Below, piece after piece: positions 26,201-38,790 of a stretch of DNA of 64,000 bases. This DNA comes from Cetorhinus maximus (taxonomy: Eukaryota). Position numbers and translations under genes: made by a program. The stretch covers positions 70,866,001 through 70,930,000 of the forward strand of contig NC_135897.1 of assembly GCF_964194155.1 (NCBI RefSeq). Reading direction: 5' to 3'. A model generated the notes under the pieces. The model was not told the origin of the DNA and searched no databases. It worked only from the letters and a program-made list of their open reading frames with translations. Each line of letters starts with the position of its first letter. Within the stretch, counting starts at the first letter, position 1.

Positions 26201-29200
26201 CAGAAGGTTAATACCAGATAGATAAAACAAAACCTGTGTTTGATGTGCTTTATGCATATACAACTCCATAGGAAAATTCTGTCTGCGAGCAGAGCAGGGT
26301 GGTTTAATGTCTGAATCCATTTGTTGGTCGATAAATGTTATTGATGCACTACTAAAAAGGTCAGTAGTAACCTAACAAACTAATATTAATTTCTGGACCT
26401 ACTCTATACTACAACATAATTAAATGTCGTTGTTCTTATTTATTCAGTAAGTGAGTACAGAGTTTGACGCTTTTGACACTCTGAGTGACACCACACAATA
26501 TAATGGGTAAAATTAATGACAGGGTTAGCCATAGCTCACTTAGTAGCACTCTTGCCTCTGAGTCAGAAGGTTGTGGGTTCAAGTCCCATTGCAGAACTTG
26601 AGCACAAAAATCAGGGCTGACACTCCTATGCAGTACCGAAGGAGTGCATTACTGTCAGAATCTTAGCTGAATGGCCTACATTCTATCCACCTTTCAGATG
26701 AGATGTTAAACCAAGGTTGCACTGCGTTCCCGGTTGGATGCAAAAGATCTGCCGGCACTATTTTGAAGATGACTAGTGATGATATCACCCGTGCCCTGGC
26801 CAATATTTATCACTCAATCAACATCACAAACAAATTACTTGCTCAATGCCACATAAGAACATAAGAAATAGGAGCAGGAGTAGGCCATTCAGCCTCTCAA
26901 GCCTGCCCTGCAACTCAATAAGATCATGGCTGATCTGCCCCAGGCCTCAACTCCTCTCTCGTGCCACAGCTCCTTATAACCCTCAACTCCCCGATTATTG
27001 CAAAAATCTATCTACCACCTCTTCAAATACTTTCAGTGATCTAGCTCCCACAGCTCTCTGGGGTAGAGAATTCCAGACATTCACTAACCCCTGAGAGAAG
27101 AAACTCCTCTGCGTCTCAGTTTTAAATGAGTGCCCCTTTATTCTGTAACTATGCCCCCTTGTTCAAGATTCCCCCACTAGTGTAAATATCTTCTCAACAT
27201 CTACCTTGTCAAGCCCCCTTAGAATCTTTTATGTTTTAATCAGATCACTCCTCATCTGTCTAAACTCTAATGAATAGCCATTCTTGATAAGTCAACCCTT
27301 TCATCCTTGGAATCAGCCTACAGTGAATCTCTTGAACTGCCTCCAATTCCAGTATAGCCTTTCTTAAATATGGGGACCAAAACTGTACACAGTACTCCAG
27401 GTGCGGCCTCACCAGCACCCTGTACAGTTGTAACAAGACGCCCCTATTTTTAAACTCCAACCCTTAGCAATACAGCCCAATATTCCATTTGCCTTCTTAA
27501 TTACTTGCTGCACCTGCATGCTAACTTTTAGTTTTTCATGTACAAGAACACCCAGATCCCTCTGTGCTGCACATTTTTTGGAGTCTCTCTCCATTTAAAT
27601 AATAGTCTGACTTTTGATTTTTCCTACTAAAGTGCATGGTCTCACACTTTCCTACATTAAACCAAGTTTTTGCCCACTCACTCAACCTGTCAATATCCCC
27701 TTGCAGATTCCTTATGTCCTCATCACAACATGCCCTCCCACCTATTTTTGTATGGTCAGCAAATTTGGATACATTACTCTGCCCCCTCCTCCCAAGTCAT
27801 TAATATAGATAGCAAATAATTGAAGCCCTAGGACTGATCCTTATGGCACTCCACTAGTTACGTCTTTCCAACCTGAAAAAGACCCATTAATCCGACTCTG
27901 TCTTCTGTGTGTTAACCAATCCTCAATCCGTGCTAATACATTGCCCCCAATACCATGAGCTCCTACCTTGTGCAATCACCTTTTATGTTGCACCTTATCG
28001 AATGCCTTCTGGAAATCCAAATACACTACATCTACCGGTTCCCCTTTATCAATTCTGCCTGTTTTATTTTCAAAGAACTCGAGCAAATTTGTCAAACGTG
28101 ATTTCCCTTTCACAAAACCATGTTGACTCTGTTTGATTTTGTTAAGCTTTTCTAAATGTTCTGCTATTTCTTCCTTAATGATGGACTCTAGCATTTTCCC
28201 AACGACAGATGTTAGGCGTACTGGCCTATAGTTTCCTGCTTTTTGTCTCCCTCCCTCCCTTGAACAGGGTCGTCACATTAGCAGTTTTCCAATCCCCTGG
28301 GAACTTCCTGGAACCCAGTGAGTTCTGGAATATTTCGACCAATGCCTCCACTATCTCTGCAGCCACTTCCTTTAAAACCCTTGGATGCAGGCCATCAGGT
28401 CTTGGCAACTTGTCTGCCTTTAGTCCTATTAGTTTGTCAGATACTTTGTCCCTCGTGATAGAGACTGTTACAAGATCTTTCCTTCCATTAGCTCCTTGCT
28501 TATCTGATATCTTTGGAATGTTTATAGTGTCTTCCACAGTGAAGTCTGATGCAAAATATTGGTTTAAATTACCTGCCATTTCCCTGCTCCCTATTATCAA
28601 TTGCCCAGTCACATTCTCCAAGGGTCCCACGCTCACTTTAGCTACTCGCTTTCCTTTTATACACCTTGCTCTTGCTGTTTGTTTTTATATTTCTTGCCAA
28701 TTTACTTTCATAATCAATTCTCTCCCTCTTTATTTACTTTTTTAGTCATCCGCTGCTGGTTCCCAAAAAAAATTCCTAATCCTCTGGCCTACCATTAGTT
28801 TTTGCTGCTTTGTATGCCTTAGTTTTTGATTGGATACTCTCCGTGACTGCCTTTGTTAACCACGAGTGGTTCATCCTTTTCATCGAGTCCTTCTTTTTGA
28901 CCAGGATAAATTTTTGCTGAGCATTATTAAATGTCTGCCATTGCTCTTCCACTGACCTTTCCCTTAGTCTATTTTCCCAGCCCGCTTTAGACAACTTTCT
29001 TCATATTTCTGTAATTGCCCTTATTTAAGTTGAGAACACTGGTTTGAGACCTGAGTTGCTCACCCTCAAACTGAATTTGAAATTCTACCATGTTGTGATC
29101 GTTACCCCTTATCTACGAGATCGCTTCTTAATCCTACCTCATTGCACCTTACTAGATCTAAAATAGGCTGTTCCCGGGTAGGTTCTATAACATATTGCTC

Positions 29201-32200
29201 TTAGAAATAACCCCTGATGCATTCTACAAATTTGTCTTCCATGTTACCCCTGCCAATCTGATTTGTCCAGTCAATATGCAGATTAAAATCATCCTTGACA
29301 ATTGTAACGCCCTTCTTACATGCCTCCGTTATTTCGATTTATACTTTGTCCTACAGTGAGGCATTCACCCCTTCATAACCCTGCACCTCTGCCCTCTCTT
29401 GTTTCTTTTTGATTTTTTAAAATTCCCTTCAATTGAACAACCCCCCCCCACCATCCCACTGATTAGTTTAAAGTCCTATCTACAACCCTGGTTGTACGAT
29501 TCGCCAGGGCACTGGTCCCAGCATGGTTCAAATGAAGCCCATTCCAAAGGAACAGCTCTCTCCTTCCCCAGTACTGGTGCCAATGCCCCATGAGTCAGAG
29601 CCCATTTCTCCTACACCAATCTTTGGGCCACACATTTATCGCTCTAATCTTATTTACCCTACGCCAATTTGCATGTGGTTTAGGTAGTAATCCAGGGATT
29701 ATTACCTTTGTGGTTCTGCTTTTTAATTTAGCCCCAAGTTGCTCGTAGTCCCTCAGCAGAACCTCTTTCCTAGTCTTACCTATGTTGTTGGTACCTACGT
29801 GGACCACAACAACTGGATCCTTCCACTCCCATTCCAAGTTGCCCTCCAGCCCAGAAGAGATGCCCTTAACCTTAGCACCAGGTAGGCAACACAGCCTTCG
29901 GGACTCTGTCTTTGCTGTATAGAACAATATCTATTCCCCCAACTATGCTATCCCCCATTACTACTACATTTCTCTTTTCTCCCCCCACTTGAATGGCGCT
30001 CTGTACCATGGTGCTGTGGTCACTTTGCTCATCCTCCCTGGAGTCTGTGCCCTTGTCCACACCAGGAGCAAGAACCTCGTACCTATTGGACAAGGGCACC
30101 AGCTGAGGCTCTTCCAAAGCTAAATTCTGGATCCCCATATCTGCCTCATTCGCAGTCGCACCCTCCTGTCCTTGACCATGGATCAAACTTGATGTAATTA
30201 ATCTAAGGGGTGTGACTGTCTCCTGAAAAAGTGTCCAGGTAACTCTCCCCCTCCCTGATGTAGCGCACTGTTCGCAGCTCAGACTCCAGCTCATCACCTC
30301 TGAGCTGAAGTTCCTGGAGCGGCCATACTTGCTGCAGATGTGGTCATGGTGGATCGCACCAGCATCCACCAGCTCTCACATACTAGACCTGCAACACGTC
30401 GCCTGCTCAGCCATCTCTATTCTATTTAATTAATTAATTTGGATTTTAAATATTTTATAAGTGAATTTCTTAAATGTACTCTTCAGCTGTAATAATGTCT
30501 CCTAACTTAAACCTCTTGGTCAATCAAAAGAGACACAGAAGAGATAGCCACCAATCACCTACCTGTTTTCCTGTGACATCGCACTCTGGCTCTGATACGT
30601 AGAAACAGGTCGAAGGGGCTCTTTGCCACCGGTTTTTATCTCCCGCCACTCTGTGCTTCTCACACAGGTCCACTCTCCGTGTGCTCGACCTCCCTCTCTG
30701 TTGCCAGCTTTTATCTCGCGCCTCTGCTTCCCTTCTCACGCACGTCCACTCTGTGTGCTCCTGGCTCTCCTCTCACTGTTTTAAACTGTAAAAATCCCAG
30801 CACTCCTCTAGCTGTTTTAAACTGTAAAAATCCCGGCTCTCCTCTCACTGTTTTTGCTGTTTGTGGAAGCTTTTAGGTTTTTGTAAACAATAGGTAATTT
30901 TTCTCCCAATGTCGCAAGTGCCTTTGTTTTAATATTCAGTTTGATTGCTCCTTTAACATGTAGGCTTGGTCCAGTGTGGCAAAACATAACATTACTTTGT
31001 GTTGTGGACCCATAAGAGGATGGAGAATGAGGGTTCAAATGGCAGCATTAGTGGTAGGTGATCTCTCCCAAATGGAACTGAAGTTACTAGACCAGAGAAA
31101 GAAGGCGTATTTATTTGGCATTGAGGGAATATTACATAGGATATACCACAGAATATATGGCAAAGACACAGGCCATTTGGCCCAACCGGTCCATGCTGTA
31201 TTTTGTTTCATCTGGGTTGTGCCCACTGATCTACAATCCAGAAGAGAACAGCATGGGCAACTGTATTTCACCCCAGTAACTTGCTGATCACACTTTTGGG
31301 AGAATACTGATTATTTTACTCATATCTGAGGAGAATGAATTTTTGTGGTCCTCAAGGTGAAGATTCTTAATTAAGGAGTGGTGAATTTTGGTGTCTCTGA
31401 TGTCAGCATCCATCATGTCAACGGTCAAGTAGAGCACAGGTTGAATGCAGAGCAAAACCTTTTCTGTTTCCCTGCCCACCATCAAAAATGTGCCCTAATC
31501 TTGAACTAAAAGGGTACCGATTTGCCAAACCAGTTACCCTTAAAATTGTGATTGCTAATTTGTGCTTGGTTATCCAGTGTGAATGCACAACGAATCAGAG
31601 CTGGATAATTACTGCCATACTCATTTTTCTTACCTCACCTAAAAAGGGGAGTCTTATACTGCACCAATTTAAACTGGATTTAAACAGACTGTCAGCAAGA
31701 ACAGTAAGCATCATACAGTTATCTTCATGTTATTCACCAATCCATCTCATGTATTTTTTTAAAACAACTACAGTTTAATATTTAGAACTGTGAAGGATAC
31801 TGTCTAACTATATAAAGCATAGCATGCAAACATTGTGTACTGAAGTATGAACTGGGAGGGGGTTTAAAACTCTTAAAATATGTACAAGAAGTTCCTTTGC
31901 ATCACTTCCTGCAGTAAATCAAAAATGCATTGCCCTTGTGCCTGCTTTATTTACATCATCCTTATAGGACAGGAAAATCTAGGTCAATTAACATATACGC
32001 ACAGGTCTTTCCTCAAATAGGCATCTGATCGATGTTGCAGAGCTACTCTGGACTGCTTTCCCCTTTTTACTATGCTACTCATAGAAATCCTGGTATGGTT
32101 CCCAGTTTTGTTTCTTTGTAGAGATTTGAGAAGACTACAAAGTGCAACCAGCTAGGCCAGTCCAGTCACAGCAGGTATCAAGAATCTGTCCGATGATCTA

Positions 32201-35200
32201 GCTGAGGCTGTAATCTCCATTTTCAGTTTCTGCTGTTAACTAACTAAATGTTAATTATGTCATTCTTATCCCAATTGGATTGTGCTGCCCGCCATTCCAA
32301 AAAGAAATAAAATATTAAATCTTGGAGAGAATGGGATCTCAGTGGGGAAAGTAGAAGAAGGGGAATCATAAATGAAAAGCCAATGTTTTGAACATAAAGG
32401 TTGAATAAGAAAGGTAAGAATAAATGCAGAAATCACAAAAAAATGGGGCAAAGAGAAAGCCTTGTCACATCCCATGGTTAAGTTACCCTTGAGTTAGGCA
32501 GTTAATCTCATAAAAGATGGAATAAGGTGGATGAGGGCCTCCTTGATCCCTGTATAAGAATCCTCAACACCCAATATGCATGAAAAAATGCAATTAATAT
32601 CCAAGTTTAAAAACATTCCAGCTTTTTGGTTGACTATTCCCAGAACAGGTAGTGGCTGTAAAGGAACTAATGGGGCTCTGAAGATGACTGGCCAATGTCG
32701 AGCACTGTGTCCAATATTTTTTTGATGCTAGCAATGGGCATTTAGGTGATAAATTCTTGCTAACTAGTATTTTGATAAATCATTGGTATAAGGTATTCTA
32801 ATAGAAAGTGGGTTGAGTTGTGAAATCATCCCAGTGAAGTAACCCTGTACCGAGGTACTCAGAGTCTTTGAAGTGTTACTGGACAAAACTCCTTGATAAG
32901 TAAGAAAATTGTTGACCACTGAAGAATTGCTTTTGCACTGATTCTCCAATAACATCTCCAGAATTCAGTAAGTTTGTTCAAAGTACTCATTATTGATTTT
33001 TTTTTTAGTGACATTATTTTGCTTAAGTGCCTTCACTTCATAGCCAAGAGGTGGCCAAAAGATATGCTATTTATCTCTGTTGCATCCGCCACTATCAAGT
33101 AAATATATACTTAAATGTAAGCTCTCCTGCCTCTATGCAATTACTTCAAGTTCCATTTGCCAGCTGCCATGATGGCTTGGCCAAGACTAGCAACTTGAAA
33201 TTTGAGGAACCCGGGACACAAACTGGTATCACCCTCCTTTAACATGGTTTGTTGCCACATCGTAGCATTATAGCTACGGCATCTTATAATCTTAAAATTC
33301 CTTGCCTTTGAATTTGTAGCAAGTTCATTGTTCGTGATGTTGTTCTTGAAACATTTAGTTTAAAGAAATGCTCTAGGAACTGCTGTGAGGTGTAAAAATC
33401 AGACTCAAATAGGTTGATGTCATTTTTTTTATGCCCTTATAATGGAAAATTGCACCAAGAGTGCAACTCCATTACCCTAACTAACTGGGGTGCTGTATTG
33501 AGGATAACTGGCACTTGTGGAAACATACTAAGAATTTAAATTGATGACGGGGGAGAGAGGGCTGGTGAGCCTAGGTTTGAGTTCTTTGTTCCCAACACAG
33601 TAACTTGGAGCAATTTCGAAATGATGCACGTATTTGTTTATTTCTTGCTGTCTGCCTGATTTGCCCAACTTTTCTGGTTCACAGAACATTCTGAGGTATT
33701 TAAAAACAGAAGCTGGTGAGAGGAATCTTCCCGCATTCCTGGAAGGGTGGAAAGCTTTTGCCACGACGGTAAGGTTCAAACAGGCTAACCTTTTGAAGGT
33801 TCAACTTACAGCAGGCTCTAGACTGTAACTAACTAACTGATTGCTACAGATGTAGCCATAAGTTGTACATGCGCTTCTTTTGCTTTGTGAAAATAAAGTT
33901 TTAAAGTAATCTGCCTTTTACACTGCTGTTGATAAAAGTTGGGGTGATTTCAGTTCCGCGTGGAAGCTGACAAATTTCATATTCCCCCAACTCTGGCTCC
34001 TCTTTCTGGATACTAACGGAAAAGCAGAATACTGTGGCTGCTGGAAATCTGAAATAAAAACAGAAAATGCTGGAAATAGTCAGCAGGTTGAGCGGCATCT
34101 GTGAAGAGAGAAACAGAATTAATGTTTCAGATCAAAAGACCTTTTATCAGAACAGTTCTGATTAAAGGTCTTTGACCTGAAAAGTTAACTCTTGTTCCTC
34201 ACCCCATGAATGCTGCCTGACCTCCTGAGTATTTCCAGCATTTTCTGTCTCTCTTCCTGTTTCTGGGGTTTGTTTTGATATTTATAATTTTATCAGTGTG
34301 TACAAATTAGATTGTTCAAACAATTAGCATACATTTTGCATATTCTCAAATGAAGATAAGTTGTAAACTGCAGTTTTTTTAACATTTTCCTCGTAACAGA
34401 CTGACTTCCTCCAGTAACACATACTAAAACAGATTGAGCGGATGTTTAGCCCATGTACCGACCTCAATCAAGTTGGTAATTGGGTTACTGGAGTTAATTT
34501 CAGACCCTCTGCACAAGGGACAGAATGGTTGGTTTGTTAATCTGCCTGGGCATTGCATATGTGTGGATTGATTTGAAGACTGGGTTTGGGTTGGCTGTGA
34601 TATCACTGCCTTTCCCCATGGACATGACTGTAGTCCATGGAAGAAATTGAGAGGAAGGGTTATATTTTTTTAAAATGCGGAGTTGCTTTAAAATGACTTT
34701 CAGCAAATTAGCTGCTTGTATATTATATTTAATACCTGTGTTCTCTCCTCCCATAGTGTATTCCTCAACAGAAAAATGATAGCGACTGTGGTGTGTTTGT
34801 TCTTCAGGTAGGGGAATTTCTCAATTTCCCTGATTTAATTGTGTAAGGAGATTGTGAAGCATAGTGACTAATAAAATATTCAAATCACCTGTGAAGGCTG
34901 AAAATGTTTCCTAGCTAGCAGTGATTGAAACTTCTGCAGACAAGGTACATACCAGGAACAAAGCCACAAATATATCCAGAATCATGGTGGGACGAATTTA
35001 CCTTGTATCATTGTTTTTCAGGACATATGTAGTGGATTTTAAATTAATCATTTTTTAATGTGTTTGAGATTTTGTAGGCCAATGCTCAAATGAAACTACA
35101 ACCCAGCAATGATTACCACCTTCAAAGGAAGAAAGTGGAATTAAAACCTTTCATTTGTATGTTATCATGTCAGAGCTCTGTCAAACATCTCAAAACGCTT

Positions 35201-37130
35201 CACTGTCCCATTTGGCGTGCTGTTATTAGGGGAGCAACTGGGAGAATCTAAAATCTGTAACTTGCAGGCTGACCTAATGTTATAATATTGATTTTATAAT
35301 TTTGGTGGTGCTGTTTTGTGGTCAAAATTTTTTAAAACTGCAAATGTTTCAAATCAGATAATGCTGAAAATATCAGCATCTGAAAAGAGAGCCAAATGGT
35401 AGCCAAGTTTTGAAACATTAAGCTATTTTTTTTCTTTTCAGATACAGTAGACCCGTGTATTTTTTATTAATCAAAGTAAGATGGTTAAATTTTTCCCATG
35501 CAAGCATACAAGAGGAAATTAAGTGCCAGAAATATGGAGTCTGAAGCTGCCATTAATAGCTTTTCCGAACCCATACTTTGCTGCTGAAGAATCACCGTAG
35601 TTTGTGGTTATGCTGCTAAAAAAGCAAGATATTATTGCCAACTTACTAAAATGCACACTTCAATAAACCCATAAATTTATATCTTTTAAAATAGGTTCCA
35701 ACTACATTCCCCATAGCACCAGCTCATAAGGCAGGTTATTTATAATCTAGTTATAATCTCTTGTCTTTTTGGCATTGACTTCTGCCAAATATTGTTTAAA
35801 CGTTTTATTTAAATAAGCAGCATGTTTCTCTCCAGTTTTTCAGTTTGCTCCGAAACCACATTAAGGAGCATTTGGTTTCTTGCTGGCTTTTTAAAAATCT
35901 TTTTATTAAAGAACAAAGAGACAGAATGTAAGAATTTGACCTGGTCGTATCACTGGAGTGGTCATGTAAAACTTAAACATAACCAGGGCATTGTTGAGGA
36001 TTCTAAGGGCTTCCTGAGACAACTAAAACATCCTAAGGAACTGGGTGACCTGAAATAAGTGGTGTCAATGATGGGCCATGGTTAAGGATTCCTTGACTAT
36101 AATAGTCTTGATTTAACTTTTATTTTAAACCTTCTGTGGTAAACCTAACTTCTGTTAATTATGTTGGCAATCACAGGTTACTGCCTCAGTGTCAGGTTGT
36201 GTTGTGGCATTTCAATTTGGATGCACCTCACCCTTGTTCTATTACACTAGGACAAATTTGCTGCTTGGGATGGACTTGCCTTCCTAGACCCTTCCAAGCT
36301 AAAGATTGTAATTGAACTTTTAACTTGAGAAAAATAATGGTAAAGAACAAATAAAGTGCAAAATCATGTTGCGTGCCTGAAATGTCTAAGCTAATGAGAA
36401 AAGGCTTCCCATAATGAACTGAATGGATTGTTGAGGTATAATATAGGAACGTACAAATAAGTAAAAATAATTTAACCTGCCCCTGTCATTTAGGGACATG
36501 TACTCAATCCAAGTAGTACATTTAAGCTTGTCATTGTGTCAGCCTGGTAGCACTGAATCGAAGGGTTATGATTCAAGCCTCATTCCAGTGTATAATCAAG
36601 ATTGACACTTCAGTGCAATCGTGACATCAATATATGTTATGCTGGCATAGGTCACAGAAGCAATGGCAGGCACATATTCCAGTATTCTAGTCAAAGTTCC
36701 TTGCTCAACAAACATCACCAAAAAAGAGATTAGTTAATTCATTTTATTGATGTCTGTAGATTGTTGGTGTGCACAATATGGATGCGATATTGACCTACTA
36801 TATTATTTATACAGATGTTTCGGAGAAACGTGATATGGTGCTACATTAATACGTTCCTGCCCCTTTCTGTCCTGTCTGTCTGTTCTCTGTTGAATTAGCA
36901 TGAGTGTGGCTAGTGGTTTTATTCCCAACTCCTACCAATACTTCTACTCACCAATTCTATACGTAAAGAATTTGAAACTTTTCCAGTTTGCTGATGCTGT
37001 GTTTCTATTGCCTCTTTAGTACTGCAAGTGCCTGGCTCTAGGAAGACCTTTTCAATTTTCTCAGAAAGACATGCCTGAAGTAAGAAAGCTGATCTACAGA
37101 GAACTGTGCGAGTGCAAGCTTTTGGAGTGA
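12720..37130 (+). CDS. SENP5: SUMO-specific protease SENP5, spliced CDS join(12720-14214,22289-22394,23454-23601,23914-23961,24681-24758,25445-25582,33685-33768,34757-34807,37020-37130); 2259 nt, 752 aa
   Basis: All introns are GT-AG with consistent phases. The C-terminal C48 peptidase domain ([70 protein letters not shown]) closely matches recalled human SENP5, with catalytic His/Asp/Cys present. Adjacent to NCBP2 as in human. Confidence 0.93.
16749..17961 (-). mobile_element. 5'-truncated CR1 inserted antisense into ORF1 of the host CR1
   Basis: [23 protein letters not shown] motifs. Host ORF1 is continuous across it (..KV I | SGLLPEP). Confidence 0.92.
18718..19206. mobile_element. Penelope-derived fold-back element with ~200-bp inverted arms and a 14-bp TSD
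   Basis: AAGTAATTATTGGA at 18704-18717 and 19207-19220; arms ~18722-18925 and ~18967-19170 are near-identical in reverse complement. Confidence 0.9.
19075..19113 (+). ncRNA. Minimal type I hammerhead ribozyme motif
   Basis: AGTT-CTGATGA-A-GAGTC(atacg)GACTC-GAAA-CG-TT-AACT: stem I, conserved core, stem II, loopless palindromic stem III, GUU triplet. Confidence 0.7.
22289..22394 (+). CDS. SENP5: SENP5 exon 3 ([36 protein letters not shown])
   Basis: tttctcag| acceptor and AG|GTATGT donor; similar to human FLDEVMKKYGSLVPL. Confidence 0.92.
23454..23601 (+). CDS. SENP5: SENP5 exon 4 (KVFIRMEI...[23 protein letters not shown])
   Basis: tttcag| acceptor, CAG|GTCAGA donor, WLND motif. Confidence 0.95.
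23914..23961 (+). CDS. SENP5: SENP5 exon 5 ([16 protein letters not shown])
   Basis: ttccttgcag| acceptor, AAG|GTGGGT donor, 48 nt in frame. Confidence 0.95.
24681..24758 (+). CDS. SENP5: SENP5 exon 6 ([26 protein letters not shown])
   Basis: ccctttccag| acceptor, AAG|GTGAGT donor. Confidence 0.95.
24925..25000. repeat. (CT)n/CT-rich microsatellite
   Basis: Directly visible. Confidence 0.9.
25445..25582 (+). CDS. SENP5: SENP5 exon 7 ([22 protein letters not shown]...[13 protein letters not shown]; catalytic His and Asp)
   Basis: ctttttag| acceptor, CAG|GTAAGG donor. Confidence 0.95.
26520..26850 (+). mobile_element. SacSINE1/Deu-type tRNA SINE, split by the following CR1
   Basis: A/B-box head TAGCTCACTTAGTAGC..GGTTCAAGTCCC; Deu-like core (CTTTCAGATGAGATGTTAAACC..CCTGGCCAATATTTATC). 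The body appears to resume at ~30853 (TTGCTGTTTGTGGAAGC). Confidence 0.75.
26851..30850 (-). mobile_element. Near full-length CR1 LINE (internal deletion in the endonuclease region), SENP5 intron 7
   Basis: ORF1 [22 protein letters not shown]; ORF2 [44 protein letters not shown]; tandem repeats in the 5' UTR at 30640-30850. Confidence 0.95.
33685..33768 (+). CDS. SENP5: SENP5 exon 8 ([28 protein letters not shown])
   Basis: ttcacag| acceptor, ACG|GTAAGG donor. Confidence 0.93.
34019..34250. mobile_element. Penelope-derived fold-back element with two back-to-back hammerhead remnants
   Basis: Inverted arms centred on TCAGAAC/AGTTCTGA (~34147-34161); degenerate core CTGATTA-A-AGGTC(ttt)GACCT-GAAA. 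Confidence 0.75.
34757..34807 (+). CDS. SENP5: SENP5 exon 9 ([17 protein letters not shown]; catalytic Cys)
   Basis: ctcccatag| acceptor, CAG|GTAGGG donor. Confidence 0.95.
37020..37130 (+). CDS. SENP5: SENP5 last coding exon ([36 protein letters not shown])
   Basis: cctctttag| acceptor; TGA ends at 37130. Confidence 0.95.
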   Translation, partial: YCKCLALGRPFQFSQKDMPEVRKLIYRELCECKLLE

Positions 37131-37301
37131 GCTGACAGGAAAGAGGTGATTGAAGCTCCTCGCAGGAAATTGCATTCCAGGAGAACGGTGTGGCCAGTAC
37201 TGTTACATGACGTATGGAAGGCAGGGAGGAAGTACTGAAGGCACAGTGGCAGTGTTTACCTCCTTTCCAGGTGCATGCATGGCCGGAGCACCTTCAGACT
37301 T

Positions 37302-37307
37302 AATAAA
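37302..37307 (+). terminator. Candidate proximal poly(A) signal of SENP5
   Basis: AATAAA ~170 nt after the stop. Further AATAAA at 38284, 38995 and 39386, so the site actually used is unknown. Confidence 0.35.
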
Positions 37308-38706
37308 AGCACAACTTTGCTCGATTGGCCTGTTGCTGACAAATTGCATGTAGCAGTAGACTATAAATTTAGACTTCCTTATTGTCTGCATATTTTGAGA
37401 ACCTCTAAAGCAAAGGAAGTAGTAAAATTTACATTAACTTAAGGGGAAAACTGAAGTCTTAGTGTAGAAATTGTTCCAGGTAATATTAAGTGTGAACCCC
37501 CTCTTCATAACCACTGGGGAGATTTTCACTTTTTCCACAGATGTTTAATGATCATTAGGTCATGGTGTTGAGCTGCAGCATGTTTAAAAGTGAAAATAGT
37601 TCATTCAAAAAAACGCAGTGACTCTGGGGTCAGTTCTGTGAATGTCAGAGGCGATGGTAACACTGGACATAAGTACTATAAATTTTACATGTTTAATCCA
37701 AGGCGCATTTTCTGCCTACTTGTTTTTCTCTCTCTCACGTGCAATGGGCTATGCTTCTCCATTTCATTCGTCAAACAATGGGATGGATTTGTTGGAGTGG
37801 CATAATTATAATTTGATCTCAGAGTTGGAGTATGTGTTTGCCTTGCTTAATACTGATAAGCCTTTCCCTTTTCTGTTTAAACAAAACTATTATTCTTTTG
37901 TATTTTACTTCTAACTCTAGCCCTTCAGAGTAAAACATCCAATCAGGCCCATTATAGAAGTTCTTTCATTTTAAACATCAAATACCTAGGTGTTGCAAAC
38001 TTGGGTACTGCCAATGTAATCTTTTGTTTTTAATTCTTTGATTATGAGGGTTGCTGGCAAGGTTAGCATTTATCATCCATCTCTAGTTGCCCTGAGAAGG
38101 TAGTGGTGGGCCTCCATGAACCTCTAATAATATGATGCAACTGGAGGCATTTGAGTCAACTATGTTGGTATGAGATTGCAGTCACGTTTAGGCCAAACCA
38201 GGTAAGGACACTCAGGTTTGTTAAAGTTTTTTGACAACAATCTGACACCATCATACTCATTTTACTGATACTTTTTAACATGAAATAAAATTTGCAAACT
38301 CAAATGGTGGGATTTGAGTGCACGTGCTCGGAATTAATAACAACCATTACACTACTGTATCTTGTACCTACTTTTATGGTTCCATTATTCATTTAATATT
38401 TTGTTTTATGACTGGACAAATCATGTGATTTATAACCTAGAAAACTGGTATCTGGCCAGTGTGAGCTTGGAAACTAAGCAGAGGAATTCTTAAATGAATT
38501 GAGACAGTGTTTGAGGGTGAAATTTTTTTCTTGATAATGCTCAGTTTTGAAATATAGGGGAAAGTGTGGACTGCTAACCTCATACTGCTCTACAACAATA
38601 TTGCAAATAGATTTCAGATTTTCAGTATTTGATTTTTTTCTCCCATAAAATCTTTTCAAAATTTGCCCCTTAACTTTGCAGTCTGAACTCAGAGTAAATC
38701 TAGAAA

Positions 38707-38748
38707 ATATATATATATATATATATATATATTATGTGTATGTGTATG

Positions 38749-38782
<34 letters not shown>

Positions 38783-38790
38783 TATATACA
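38707..38790. repeat. (AT)n/(GT)/(AC) compound microsatellite downstream of the SENP5 stop (possible 3' UTR)
   Basis: Directly visible. Confidence 0.9.

Noticed and set aside
26520-26600. tRNA gene
   Set aside because: The A/B-box-like sequence is a SINE head that continues into the SINE body; no complete cloverleaf.
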